Assembly (NCBI GenBank): GCA_965207415.1
Contig: CBDBMD010000003.1
Span: 2,401,225-2,465,224, forward strand
DNA from: Dehalococcoidia bacterium
GTDB lineage: Bacteria; Chloroflexota; Dehalococcoidia; UBA2979
Direction: 5' to 3'
Length of the DNA: 64,000 nt
Shown here: positions 53,362-62,940 of the stretch, in pieces
Numbering within the stretch: the stretch's first letter is position 1
How the letters are laid out: every line of letters begins with the position of its first letter
The notes under the pieces: model-generated
Told to the model about the DNA's origin: nothing
Databases searched by the model: none
What the model saw: the letters and a program-made list of their open reading frames with translations, nothing else
Program-made: the position numbers and the translations under genes

Positions 53362-54255
53362 CTACGCCTGGAGTGCGGGGAGGTACTGCGCGCCGAACTC
53401 CGCGAGGAGCTCGGGCGTGCGGTCGATCTGCTCGGGATCGGCGCGGACGGTCGTGTGTTCCACGCCGCCCTCGCGCAGCCGGTCCAGCTCCTCCGCGAGG
53501 CGGTCCAGCTCCCCGGCGACGAGGAAGCCCGCGCCCCCGGCGTGCAACGTAATCGAGGCCGGATCGCGCCCCTCGCGCTCGGCGATCTCGCGCACGCGCG
53601 CCCAGTCCCGCAGCGTCTTCTCGAGCGGGCTGCGCGGCGCGGCCATCCAGCCGTCACCGAAGCGCACGGTCCGCTCCATCTGCGGCCGCGTGTCGCCGCC
53701 GAACCAGAAGGGGACCGGCCCCGCCGGCCGGGGCCGGCTGGTCCAGCCGTCGACCGTGTAGAACTCGCCCTCGAAGTCGACCCAGTCCTGCGACCAGAAC
53801 GCGCGCAGCAGTTGCAGCGCCTCGTCGGTTCGTCGCCCGCGCCGGTCGTAGGGGGCGTCCAGCACCTCGAACTCCTCCTCGCACCAGCCGACGCCGACTC
53901 CGAGGATCAGCCGGCCGCCGCTGAGATGATCGAGCGTCGCGAGCACCTTCGCGAGCAGCACCGGCTGCCGCATCGGCAGCACGAGCACCGAGGTGCCGAG
54001 CCGGACGCGCTCGGTGGCTCCGGCCACGAAGGTCAGCAGCGAGAGCGCCTCGAGCATGATGTCCGGCGGGTAGATGGTGCTGTTGATGCCGTCCGCCGCG
54101 TACGGGTACGGCGACCGGAACTCCCGAGGGATCACCACGTGGTCGGCGGCCCACAGCGAGTCGAACCCCGCGGCGTCGGCGGCCTGCGCGCAGCGCAGCA
54201 CGTGCTCCCTCGTCGCCGTCGGTCCGAACTGCGGGAGCGAGAGCCCAACCTGCAT
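53362..54255 (-). CDS. Luciferase-like (LLM) flavin/F420-dependent oxidoreductase
   Basis: ATG 54255, 297 aa. Motifs: MQVGLSLPQFG, FDSLWAADHV and LSGGRLILGVGVGW. Confidence 0.88.
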   Translation of the reverse strand: MQVGLSLPQFGPTATREHVLRCAQAADAAGFDSLWAADHVVIPREFRSPYPYAADGINSTIYPPDIMLEALSLLTFVAGATERVRLGTSVLVLPMRQPVLLAKVLATLDHLSGGRLILGVGVGWCEEEFEVLDAPYDRRGRRTDEALQLLRAFWSQDWVDFEGEFYTVDGWTSRPRPAGPVPFWFGGDTRPQMERTVRFGDGWMAAPRSPLEKTLRDWARVREIAEREGRDPASITLHAGGAGFLVAGELDRLAEELDRLREGGVEHTTVRADPEQIDRTPELLAEFGAQYLPALQA

Positions 54256-54387
54256 GATCGTCGTGGCTCCAATCGGCGCCGACGCCGACGATACGCGCTC
54301 CCGAGGCGGGCGACGAGACGCCGCCTGGACGCCGCGACCGCGCGGCTCGCGGCCTGCTACCCTCGCCTCGCAACGAAGGAGGTTGCC

Positions 54388-55590
54388 ATGGGCGCCGGAC
54401 CGGCGGCGGGTATGCCGCTCTCCGATCTGCTGGTGATCGACCTCACGCGGGCGCGCTCGGGGCCGACCTGCGTGCGCCAGCTCGCCGACTGGGGCGCCGA
54501 CGTGATCAAGATCGAGCCGCCGCCCGCCTCGGGCGTGCAGGCGACGATCACCGGCGGCCGGCACGGCTTCGACTTCCAGAACCTGCACCGCAACAAGCGC
54601 AGCCTCACGCTCGACCTCAAGGCGCCCGAGGGCCGCCAGGTGCTGCTCGACCTCGCGAAGACCGCCGACGTGGTCGTCGAGAACTTCCGCCCGCTGGTCA
54701 AGCAGCGGCTCGGCATCGACTACGAGACGCTGCGCGAGGTCAACCCCCGGATCATCTACGGCAGCATCTCCGGATTCGGGCAGAGCGGCCCCTACCGCGA
54801 CCGGCCGGGCTTCGACCAGATCGCGCAGGGCCTCGGCGGCATCATGTCGGTCACCGGCCTGCCGGGGCAGGGGCCGGTGCGCGCCGGGGTGCCGATCGCG
54901 GACCTCAGCGCGGGGCACTTCCTCGCGCAGGGCATCCTGCTGGCGCTGCTGGAGCGCGCGCGATCCGGCGAGGGCCAGTGGGTGCACACCTCGCTGCTCG
55001 AGGCGCAGATCGCGATGATGGATTTCCAGGCCGCGCGCTGGCTGATCGAGCAGGATCTGCCGGGCCAGGCCGGGAACGACCACCCGACCTCGATCCCCAC
55101 GGGCGTCTTCCCCACCGCCGACGGCCACATCAACATCGCCGCCTCCGGCCAGCCGATCTACGAGCGCTTCTGCAAGGCGATCGGCGCGCCCGAGCTGATC
55201 GAGCACCCGGACTATGCCGACGGCGAAGCGCGCTCGGCGAACCGCAAGGCGCTCAACGCCAGACTCTCCGAGATCACGAGCACGCGCAGCAGCGCCGAGT
55301 GGATCGAGGACCTCAACGCGGCCGGCGTGCCCTGCGGCCCGATCTACCGCGTCGACGAGATGGCCGAGGACGAGCAGGTGCGCCACCTCGGCATCGCCCG
55401 GCCGGCGGGGCACCCGGAACTGGGCGAGATCGAGCTCGTCGGACAGCCGATGCAGCTCGAACGCACCTCGCAGCCGCCGCAGATGCGCAGCGCCGCGCCG
55501 GCGCTCGGCGAGCACAGCAACGAGGTGCTGACAAACCTCGGCTACGACGACGAGGCGATCGCCGCGCTGCGCGAGCGCGGCGTCGTCTGA
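54388..55590 (+). CDS. Family III CoA-transferase (canonical)
   Basis: ATG 54388 after GAAGGAGG, 400 aa. Contains LSDLLVIDLTRARSGPTCVRQLADWGADVIKIEPP and the canonical Asp motif RPGFDQIAQGLGG. Confidence 0.9.
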   Translation: MGAGPAAGMPLSDLLVIDLTRARSGPTCVRQLADWGADVIKIEPPPASGVQATITGGRHGFDFQNLHRNKRSLTLDLKAPEGRQVLLDLAKTADVVVENFRPLVKQRLGIDYETLREVNPRIIYGSISGFGQSGPYRDRPGFDQIAQGLGGIMSVTGLPGQGPVRAGVPIADLSAGHFLAQGILLALLERARSGEGQWVHTSLLEAQIAMMDFQAARWLIEQDLPGQAGNDHPTSIPTGVFPTADGHINIAASGQPIYERFCKAIGAPELIEHPDYADGEARSANRKALNARLSEITSTRSSAEWIEDLNAAGVPCGPIYRVDEMAEDEQVRHLGIARPAGHPELGEIELVGQPMQLERTSQPPQMRSAAPALGEHSNEVLTNLGYDDEAIAALRERGVV

Positions 55591-55645
55591 GCAGGCGGAC
55601 CAGCGAGCGACCAACCGACCCCGGATGGGGAGCCCCGGAGGAGCG

Positions 55646-56440
55646 ATGGAGACCACGACCGAGCAGCTGATCGCAGAGGTCGAGGACGGCATCGGCTGGC
55701 TGACCTTCAACCACGCGGAGCGGCGCAACGCGCTGACCGTCGCGATGACGGCGGCGCTGCCCGGCGTCCTCGAGCAGTTCGCCGCCGACGACTCGGCGCG
55801 CGTGCTGGTGATGAAGGGCGCGGGCGATCGCGCCTTCGTCTCGGGCGCCGACATCTCCGAGTTCGAGCAGCGCCGCGCCTCGCCCGAGGCGATCGCGAAG
55901 TTCGACGCGGCGGGCGCGCGCATGGCGAAGGCGTTCCAGGACTTCCCGAAGCCGATCGTGGCGATGATCCGCGGCTTCGCGATGGGCGGCGGGCTGATGA
56001 TGGCGATGCGCGCCGACATCCGCATCGCCGCCGAGGACTCGCAGTTCGGCATCCCCGCCGCGCGCCTCGGGCTCGGCTACGCCTACCAGGGCGTCGAGAA
56101 CCTCGTGAACCTCGTCGGGCCCGCCCATGCGAACGAGATCCTGCTGACCGGCGGGCGCTTCGACGCCGAGACGGCGCTGCGCTGGGGCCTCGTCAACCGC
56201 GTCGTCCCCGTCGAGCAGCTCGAGGCGGAGACGCGGGAGGTGGCCGGCGCGATCGCGGAGAACGCGCCGCTCACGGTCGCCGCGCTGCGCGCCTCGATCC
56301 GCGAGACGCTGCGGGATCCGGCGCGGCGCGACCTCGAGACGATCTCGGAGCTGGTCGCCGCCTGCTTCGCGAGCGAGGACTACATCGAGGGCCGCCGCGC
56401 CTTCATGGAGAAGCGCCGGCCCGAGTTCAAGGGCCGCTGA
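55646..56440 (+). CDS. Enoyl-CoA hydratase/isomerase
   Basis: ATG 55646 after GGAGGAG. Motifs: MKGAGDRAFVSGADI and AMIRGFAMGGGLMMAMRADIRIA. Confidence 0.9.
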   Translation: METTTEQLIAEVEDGIGWLTFNHAERRNALTVAMTAALPGVLEQFAADDSARVLVMKGAGDRAFVSGADISEFEQRRASPEAIAKFDAAGARMAKAFQDFPKPIVAMIRGFAMGGGLMMAMRADIRIAAEDSQFGIPAARLGLGYAYQGVENLVNLVGPAHANEILLTGGRFDAETALRWGLVNRVVPVEQLEAETREVAGAIAENAPLTVAALRASIRETLRDPARRDLETISELVAACFASEDYIEGRRAFMEKRRPEFKGR

Positions 56441-56447
56441 GCCCCGC

Positions 56448-56816
56448 ATGCACCTCGTGCTGATCGCTGCCGGTGGCGCGGCTGGCGCGCTGCTGCGCTA
56501 CGGCGTCAGCGAGTGGGTGCCGGCGCCGCGCGGCGGCTTCCCGCTGGCGACGCTGCTGGCGAACATCAGCGGCGCCTTCCTGCTCGGCGTCGCCTCAATC
56601 CTCCTCGTGCGCCTCGAGGTCTCCGCCGCCGTGCGGCTCGGCCTGACGGTCGGCGTGCTCGGCGCCTACACCACCTTCTCGACCTTCTCCGTGGAGACGC
56701 TCGACCTCGTCAGCGACGGCGAGTGGCGGAGGGCCGCGCTCTACGTCGTCGCCAGCGTCGCGGGCGCCCTCGCGGCGGCGTGGGCCGGGCAGAGCCTCGC
56801 GCGGGCGACGGGGTAG
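56448..56816 (+). CDS. crcB: Fluoride efflux channel CrcB/FluC
   Basis: 122 aa with four hydrophobic helices. Motifs: GGAAGALLRY and LGAYTTFSTFS. Confidence 0.9.
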   Translation: MHLVLIAAGGAAGALLRYGVSEWVPAPRGGFPLATLLANISGAFLLGVASILLVRLEVSAAVRLGLTVGVLGAYTTFSTFSVETLDLVSDGEWRRAALYVVASVAGALAAAWAGQSLARATG

Positions 56817-56969
56817 GGGGGCGGACTACTCGCCCTAGCGCAGCTCCGCCGGCACCTCGAGGCCTCCCCAGCACTCAGTGTCGCGGCCCTCGGCGATGAT
56901 GAAGCAAGAGTGCCCATCCCGCCCGGCGCTGGGCACTCAGTGATCGACATAGGGCTCTAACATGGAAGC

Positions 56970-57755
56970 ATGACACGCGAGGGCACTCGGGACAGCACTA
57001 CGCCTCAAGGAGGCGGCATTGACCCCGCTATGGCGGTGCTGGTGGCAGTGGTTGCGGCCATCCTCCTTTACCTGTGGGCCTTGCTCGCGTTAGGCGCGGG
57101 TCTCATATTCAAGACCGTCGTTCGTGAGCACGACGGACCAGTCGAGTTGGTGTTGATTCCGCCGGCAGTGCTCGCCGGCGTCATCCTCCGACCCCGCCTC
57201 AGCCGGTTCATTGCACTCCAGAGGAGCAAGTGGCGCCCAATCGTACCGCTTGTCGTGGCGTGCGCATTGGTGGCTCTCGCCGTGTATCTCGGGTGGACCT
57301 CGGCGGGGCCGGCGGGGCTGCTCTCAGTTGAGCGGATCGTTGGGGGATTGCTGACCGCGGCCGTTGCACTCACCGCGACTGCTCTCCATCCACGGCTCAT
57401 GGCTGCCTTGGCCGGGGCGATAGCCGCGCCCGCCCTCTTTGGGCTTGTGGCCTTCCTCGTCCCAGACACACTGATCACAGCCATTGGGGCAGATGCCTTC
57501 GAGAGGAGCACCGGCCGGAGTCTCGGCATCTGGACCAATTGGTCCCACACGGAGCTGGGCGAAACGTTCTGGGGAGCGCCGCTCTACCATCTCATGCGGT
57601 GGGCAGGATATTGGGGCCCCGTCACGCTCCTCGGCACCTGGTTCTTGTTGCGCAGGCATGCTCTCAGCCATGCGTGCTGGGCCGGCGCCATCGCACTATT
57701 CCTCGGCACGGGTCAGTTCTACTTGCAGATGGTGGGAGAGGGGTTCGGTCGCTGA
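56970..57755 (+). CDS. Hypothetical multi-pass membrane protein
   Basis: 261 aa with at least six hydrophobic segments and no recognisable motif. GC is visibly lower than in the flanks. Confidence 0.55.
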   Translation: MTREGTRDSTTPQGGGIDPAMAVLVAVVAAILLYLWALLALGAGLIFKTVVREHDGPVELVLIPPAVLAGVILRPRLSRFIALQRSKWRPIVPLVVACALVALAVYLGWTSAGPAGLLSVERIVGGLLTAAVALTATALHPRLMAALAGAIAAPALFGLVAFLVPDTLITAIGADAFERSTGRSLGIWTNWSHTELGETFWGAPLYHLMRWAGYWGPVTLLGTWFLLRRHALSHACWAGAIALFLGTGQFYLQMVGEGFGR

Positions 57756-58085
57756 CCACGGAGCAGGAGAGGGCGTCCTGCCTGCGCGCAGGCACCTGGT
57801 CCAGAACGGCGTCGCGGCCCGCGTCTCGATGAACTGACGGAGCTTCGGGGTACTACCAGCGCTACGTAGACGTTGCTTCGCATCTCGGATCGACAGCGAA
57901 GAAGGTGGGGCTGCCCACATTGGGCGTGCGGTTCCCGGCGCGCTACCTGAGACCTAGCCTGCTCAATCTCAGAAGGCTACGCCGCGATTTCCCTACCCGG
58001 CCCGCCCGCCGGGCCACGTTGCGCCAACGGGGCCTGCTGCGCCATCGGCGCTCTCGGGGGCTCGACGATGGGTGGGCGTGCCTGG

Positions 58086-58171
58086 ATTCCGGCTTTCGCC
58101 GGAATGACGGGTGGGGCGAGCCGCAGTGACGGGAGGGGCGAGCCGGAGTGACGGGAGGGGCGAGCCGGAAT
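58086..58171. repeat. Hairpin plus 3 x 22-bp tandem repeat
   Basis: attccggc-tttc-gccggaat at 58086-58105, followed by gacggg[ta]ggggcgagccg[cg]a[ga]t repeated at 58106, 58128 and 58150. Confidence 0.8.
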
Positions 58172-58231
58172 GGCGGTTCTGCAAGGGTCTTTCGGGGCGA
58201 GGGGGCCGGAAGGGAAGTGGGGCCGCCAGAC

Positions 58232-59098
58232 CTAACCCCGCGCGGCCGCCAGCGCGTAGAGCAGCCCCTCCACCTCCCGAACCGGCAGCGCCGGGCCGGG
58301 GGCGAGCAGGCAGTGCGTGACACCCGCGTCACCGAGGGCGGAGGCGGCTTCGAGGATGGCGGCCGGCTCCTGCTGCGCGGCGATGGGGAGCGGGGCGCAG
58401 ACATCGATCGCGGCGAAGTCGCGGGCGGCGGCCTCGCAGGCCTCGCGCGCCGCAGCGACCGCCTCGGAGGGGTCTGAGGCGGCGTCGAGGATCAGGCCGT
58501 CGCCACCGGCGGCGAGGCGGGCGAGGGCACTCGGGCCCTCGTCGCGGACATAGATCGGCGGGTGGGGCTTGCGGATCGGCTTGGGGTAGGCGCCGATGTA
58601 GCCGAAGCGGATGTAGGCGCCCTCGAAGGTGCTCGGGTCGTCGCTCTCGCGCCACATTTCGCGGCAGATCGCGATCCACTCGTCGGTCACCACGGCGCGC
58701 GGCTCGTAGTAGTCCTCGACGCCGAGCGCGGCGAACTCGCCGCGCGGCGCGTCCTGCGAGACACCGAAGAGCAGCCGGCCCTGCGCGATGCAGTCGAGCG
58801 TGCTCACCGCCTTCGCGAGGAAGACCGGGTTGCGCAGCGCCAGCACGCAGTCGAGCGTCCCCACCTCGATACGCTCGGTCCGCGCGGCGATGCCGGTGAG
58901 CAACGAGATCGGCTCCAGCACCTCCTCGCGCCAGGCGTTCGCCCCGCCCTCGCCGCGCAGCGGCGTGGCGAGTCGGTCGGAGGCCCAGACGGAGTCGAGG
59001 CCGAAGCGCTCGGCCGCCTCGCCGAGGGCGACGAGCGCCGAGGCGTCGAGGGCGCGCGCGGGGCCGGCGGCGTTGGGCAGCAGCAGTCCGAAGCGCAT
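58232..59098 (-). CDS. Luciferase-like (LLM) flavin/F420-dependent oxidoreductase
   Basis: ATG 59098 (MRFGLLLP) after GAGGTGA, with an alternative GTG at 59107. 288 aa. Confidence 0.88.
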   Translation of the reverse strand: MRFGLLLPNAAGPARALDASALVALGEAAERFGLDSVWASDRLATPLRGEGGANAWREEVLEPISLLTGIAARTERIEVGTLDCVLALRNPVFLAKAVSTLDCIAQGRLLFGVSQDAPRGEFAALGVEDYYEPRAVVTDEWIAICREMWRESDDPSTFEGAYIRFGYIGAYPKPIRKPHPPIYVRDEGPSALARLAAGGDGLILDAASDPSEAVAAAREACEAAARDFAAIDVCAPLPIAAQQEPAAILEAASALGDAGVTHCLLAPGPALPVREVEGLLYALAAARG

Positions 59099-59117
59099 CG
59101 GCGTCACCTCGCTCTGC

Positions 59118-60098
59118 TCACTCGAAGGCCGGGAGAATCTCGTCGGCCATGAGCTGGATGCCGCGCATGATCCGCTCGAAGGCGGGTTCGCGGCCCTCGA
59201 CGCGCGGCAGCGTCATGAAGTGGCGCACGCCGGCCTTCGCGAACTGGCGCAGGTCGGAGACGATCTCGTCGGGCGTGCCGCTGCAGAGGTGCCGCTCGCC
59301 GTCGCGGCGGCCGTTCAGCTGGAAGCGCATGCCATGCGCGCCGCTCGCGCTGAGCAGCCAGTTCTTCGAGATCTCGATCTCGTCGGGGTCGCGGCCCTCG
59401 GCGAGGCAGATGCGGCGGAACTCGGCGATACGCTCGGTCAGCTCCTCGATGGTGTCGCCGGTGCAATCGAAGCCCTGGCCGATGCGGACGGCGCGGCGCA
59501 TGGCGGCGCGGCTGTGGCCGCCGATCACGATCGGCGGGTGCGGCTTCTGCAGCGGCTTGGGGTAGGCGCCGACGTTGTCGAAGTTGACGAACTCGCCGTG
59601 GAAGCTGGAGGGGCCGCTGCTGGTCCACAGCTCCTTGATCGCGCGCAGGTACTCGTTGGTGACGGCGCCGCGCCGGGGGAAGTACTCCGGCGGCAGGTTG
59701 AGCGCCGTGAACTCCTCCTCCATCCAGCCCAACCCCGCCCCGAGGGCGAGCCGGCCGTTCGAGAGGTGGTCGACCGCCGCCAGCATCTTCGCGAGCACCA
59801 CGGGGTGGCGCAGCGGGATGATCAGCACGCCCTGGTTGAGGATCACGTGCTTCGTGCGCACCGCGAGCGCGCTCAGCAGCGTGACCGGCTCGTAGACCGG
59901 GTACTGCCAGCGCGTCGCGCCCCGGCGATCGCGGTGCGCATCGTCGTAGCCGATCTGCGCCGGCAGCACGACGTGATCGCCCATCCAGAGCGAGTGGAAG
60001 CCGAGCCCGTCGGCGACCTCGCCGATCTCGATGCAGCCCTGGACGCCCACGCTCTGGCCGAGGTTGCCGACGTTGGAGACGGAGATGCCGAACTTCAC
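59118..60098 (-). CDS. Luciferase-like (LLM) flavin/F420-dependent oxidoreductase
   Basis: GTG 60098 after GAGGAA, 326 aa. Motifs: FHSLWMGDHV and LSNGRLALGAGLGW. Confidence 0.88.
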   Translation of the reverse strand: MKFGISVSNVGNLGQSVGVQGCIEIGEVADGLGFHSLWMGDHVVLPAQIGYDDAHRDRRGATRWQYPVYEPVTLLSALAVRTKHVILNQGVLIIPLRHPVVLAKMLAAVDHLSNGRLALGAGLGWMEEEFTALNLPPEYFPRRGAVTNEYLRAIKELWTSSGPSSFHGEFVNFDNVGAYPKPLQKPHPPIVIGGHSRAAMRRAVRIGQGFDCTGDTIEELTERIAEFRRICLAEGRDPDEIEISKNWLLSASGAHGMRFQLNGRRDGERHLCSGTPDEIVSDLRQFAKAGVRHFMTLPRVEGREPAFERIMRGIQLMADEILPAFE

Positions 60099-60134
60099 GG
60101 GCTGTTCCTCGAGCGCTGCGTCGCTGCCCGCACC

Positions 60135-60980
60135 TTACACGCCGATCTCGCCGCGCTGGAACGCCTCGATGGTGGCGCGCAGGCCGTCGCGCGTGATGCG
60201 GCGGTTCATCTCGTTCACGGCGTCCGAGTGGTGCGCCGTGACGTTGACGTCGACGGACTGGAGCATCGCCTCGCGGAAGCCGCGCAGGTCCTGCGTGCGG
60301 TTTATCGCCCGCTTCTGCAGCGTCAGGATGTCGCGAGGCGTCCTCGCGAGCCTCCGCACGTACTCCTCGACGCCCTCGTCGAGTTGGTCGGCGGGGAAGG
60401 CGCGGTTGAAGAGGCCTATGCGCACCGCCTCCGTGCCGTTGATGATCGAGCCGGTGTTGAAGAACAGCTCCTTCGTCTTCTTCGGCCCGATCAGCCAGGC
60501 CCAGTAGACGGAGTTGAAGCCCGCGCCGAGCGGCAGCTGCGGCGCGCCCACCCGCGCGTCCTCGGCGACGAAGGTGATGTCGCAGACGGCGGCGAGCTGC
60601 ACGGCGCGCCCGAGGCAGTAGCCATGCACCTTGGCGATCACCGGCAGCGGCGAGTCCCAGATGCGGAAGTAGCGTTGCAGGTTCAGCTCGCGCCCGGCGC
60701 GGTCGTCGACCGTCGAGGTCGGGACCGGGTGCCCGGAGGCCTCGTCGCGCTTGGTGTCGGCGCCGGTGGAGAAGGCGCGCCCGGCCCCGGCGATGACGGC
60801 GGCGTGGACGCCCTCGTCGGCCTCGGCGCGATTGAGGAGCGCCAGCAACTCGTCGTCGAGCGCCGGGCTGATCGCGTTGAGGCGATCCTGACGGTCGATC
60901 GTCAGGGTGGCGACGCGGCCTGCGACCTCGTAGCGGACGAAGCCCTCGAGCGGCGTGTGGCCGGAAGTCTCAGCGCTCAA
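60135..60980 (-). CDS. Enoyl-CoA hydratase/isomerase
   Basis: TTG start after GGAGAGGGG, 281 aa. Motifs: AGAGRAFSTGAD and AKVHGYCLGRAVQLAAVCDITF. Confidence 0.85.
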   Translation of the reverse strand: MSAETSGHTPLEGFVRYEVAGRVATLTIDRQDRLNAISPALDDELLALLNRAEADEGVHAAVIAGAGRAFSTGADTKRDEASGHPVPTSTVDDRAGRELNLQRYFRIWDSPLPVIAKVHGYCLGRAVQLAAVCDITFVAEDARVGAPQLPLGAGFNSVYWAWLIGPKKTKELFFNTGSIINGTEAVRIGLFNRAFPADQLDEGVEEYVRRLARTPRDILTLQKRAINRTQDLRGFREAMLQSVDVNVTAHHSDAVNEMNRRITRDGLRATIEAFQRGEIGV

Positions 60981-61027
60981 GCGCGGGCCCCTCTCCAGGA
61001 TGCGTCCGGGTCTGCGATGATAGCGAG

Positions 61028-61582
61028 GTGAGCGAGAACCTGGTCGGCAAGCTACTGGTCGCGACGCCGCTGCTGCAGGATCCGAACTTCGTGCGCACGG
61101 TGGTGCTGATCTGCCAGGAGAACGACGACGGCTACCTCGGCGTGATCCTCAACCGGCCGCTGGAGGCGACCGTCGCCGAGCACCTGCCGGAGTGGGAGCA
61201 CCTCGTGTCCGCGCCCGCGCAGATCTTCGAGGGCGGCCCCGTGCAACGCGAGGTCGCGCTCGCCCTCGGCCGCCGCACGGACGGCGCAGAGGACGGAGCC
61301 TGGACGCCGATCGCCGAGCAACTGGGGCTGCTGGATCTGCGTGGAACGCCCTCGGAGCTGTGGGGCGTGGTCGAGGAGCTGCGCATCTTCAGCGGCTACT
61401 CCGGCTGGGGCGCCGGGCAGCTGCAGGGGGAGCTGCGCGAGCAGGCCTGGTTCGTCGTCGACGCCGAGCCGGGCGACCCGTTCGCCGAGGACAGCGAGGG
61501 CATGTGGCGGCAGGTGCTGCGCCGCCAGCCCGGCAACCTCGCGATGTTCGCCAACTTCCCGCCGGACCCGGCGCTGAACTGA
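61028..61582 (+). CDS. YqgE/AlgH family protein (UPF0301)
   Basis: 184 aa. Contains GKLLVATPLLQDPNFVRTVVLICQENDDGYLGVILNRP. Confidence 0.85.
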   Translation: MSENLVGKLLVATPLLQDPNFVRTVVLICQENDDGYLGVILNRPLEATVAEHLPEWEHLVSAPAQIFEGGPVQREVALALGRRTDGAEDGAWTPIAEQLGLLDLRGTPSELWGVVEELRIFSGYSGWGAGQLQGELREQAWFVVDAEPGDPFAEDSEGMWRQVLRRQPGNLAMFANFPPDPALN

Positions 61583-61588
61583 CTGCCG

Positions 61589-62797
61589 CTACGAGGCGAG
61601 CAGCAGCGGGATGCGTAGCTCCTCCGGCCGCAGCCCGGAGTGGTGCGAGGCGTGGCGCAGCAGCTCGCGCGCCCCGTTCGCGGGGTGGTAGCCGAGGACC
61701 TGCGCGCCTCGCGAGATCGCGACGAAGTCGCCGAGGCGCTCGGCGGTGAGCGGGCTGAGCGGCTCCGGCCCGAGCAGCCGCAGCTCGTCCACCTCCTGCG
61801 TCGTCAGCAGCAGGAACGCCTCGCCGAAGAGCTCGCGGAAGCGAGCGGCGAACGCCTCGTGAGCGCCGGGCCGCACGTGGAAGTGCAGCACGCGCGAGTC
61901 GCCGGCGGGCTCGGCGGCGAGCAGCTCCGGTAGCCCGTCGTCCTCGCGAATCAGCAGCACCTCGTCCCCGGTGACGCCGAGGTGCCCGTGATCGGCGCTC
62001 AGCGCGACCACCGCCTGACCATGCAGCTCCCGGGCGAGCAGGCCGAACACCTGGTTGATGGCGTGCAGCGCCTGCGTCGCCTCGGCGCTCCACGGGCCGT
62101 GCTCGTGCGCGGCGTGGTCGAGGTGCGGGATGTAGAGGTAGACGAAGCTCGGCCCGTCGGCCCCGAGGACGGCCCCGATGGTCTGCTCCACGCCCTCGGC
62201 GAGCGTCTCGTAGCCGGTCGCCGGCTCGCCGCCCGTGCCGTAGCGCGAGTAGACGCTGCCGGCGATCGCCTGAGGCACGAGGACCAGCGTGTCGCGTGTC
62301 ATCCTCGGCGTGAGCGCGGGCAGCGGGAACAGGTCCTCGGGCCGCACGCCGAGCTCGCCGAGCGACCGATCGTCGCGGCGGCGCACGTAGGGGAGGACCG
62401 TCGCCGGACCGCCGATCGCCTCCACGTGCGTCCACCAGCCGGTGACGGCGTGCTGCGCCGGCCACTCGCCGGTCATCAGCGTGGTGAGGGCGACCACCGT
62501 CGAGGCGGGAAAGATCGCCCGCAACTCCATCGCAAGGTGCGCGCGGAGCACGCTCGCGCCTTCGCCGCCCTGCTCGATCATGTCGAGCCCGAGGCCGTCG
62601 GCGAGCACGAACACGGTGTGCTCGCGCTGCTCGAGGCGATCGGCGATGGCTTGCGCCTGCTCGCTCAGCGCGAGACCGCGGACGCCGCAGGCCGAGCCGA
62701 TGGCGCGCGCGAGGTCGAGGAAGTTCGGGACGTCCGCAGCGGGGCGCAGCAGCTCGCCTGCCTCGAACGCCGCGAGCAGTGCCTCGACATCGCTCAT
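61589..62797 (-). CDS. Alkaline-phosphatase superfamily protein (type I phosphodiesterase/nucleotide pyrophosphatase-like)
   Basis: ATG 62797, with an alternative start at 62884. Motifs: VFVLADGLG, PASTVVALTTLMTG, HLDHAAHEHG and SADHGH. Confidence 0.8.
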   Translation of the reverse strand: MSDVEALLAAFEAGELLRPAADVPNFLDLARAIGSACGVRGLALSEQAQAIADRLEQREHTVFVLADGLGLDMIEQGGEGASVLRAHLAMELRAIFPASTVVALTTLMTGEWPAQHAVTGWWTHVEAIGGPATVLPYVRRRDDRSLGELGVRPEDLFPLPALTPRMTRDTLVLVPQAIAGSVYSRYGTGGEPATGYETLAEGVEQTIGAVLGADGPSFVYLYIPHLDHAAHEHGPWSAEATQALHAINQVFGLLARELHGQAVVALSADHGHLGVTGDEVLLIREDDGLPELLAAEPAGDSRVLHFHVRPGAHEAFAARFRELFGEAFLLLTTQEVDELRLLGPEPLSPLTAERLGDFVAISRGAQVLGYHPANGARELLRHASHHSGLRPEELRIPLLLAS

Positions 62798-62940
62798 CGG
62801 CGTCCCCCCGTCACCGCCATCATGGCTTGCGGCGAGGGCATTGAACAGACGCGGCCGCGGGAGGCGGCGGCGCGCCGCGCTCAAGGCGCGCTGCGGCTAT
62901 GCTGGCGGTCGCAATTCCGGGCAGCGACGAGGAGGGCGAC

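Noticed and set aside
56441-56447. Fluoride riboswitch upstream of crcB.
   Set aside because: Only 7 nt separate the hydratase stop from the crcB ATG, so there is no room for a crcB-motif RNA. crcB appears to be co-transcribed with the upstream genes.
56741-56950. Small ORFs in the crcB-downstream gap, including a 33-aa GTG-initiated minus-strand peptide (VPSAGRDGHSCFIIAEGRDTECWGGLEVPAELR).
   Set aside because: No RBS, no recognisable motif, and conservation cannot be assessed. The evidence is insufficient.
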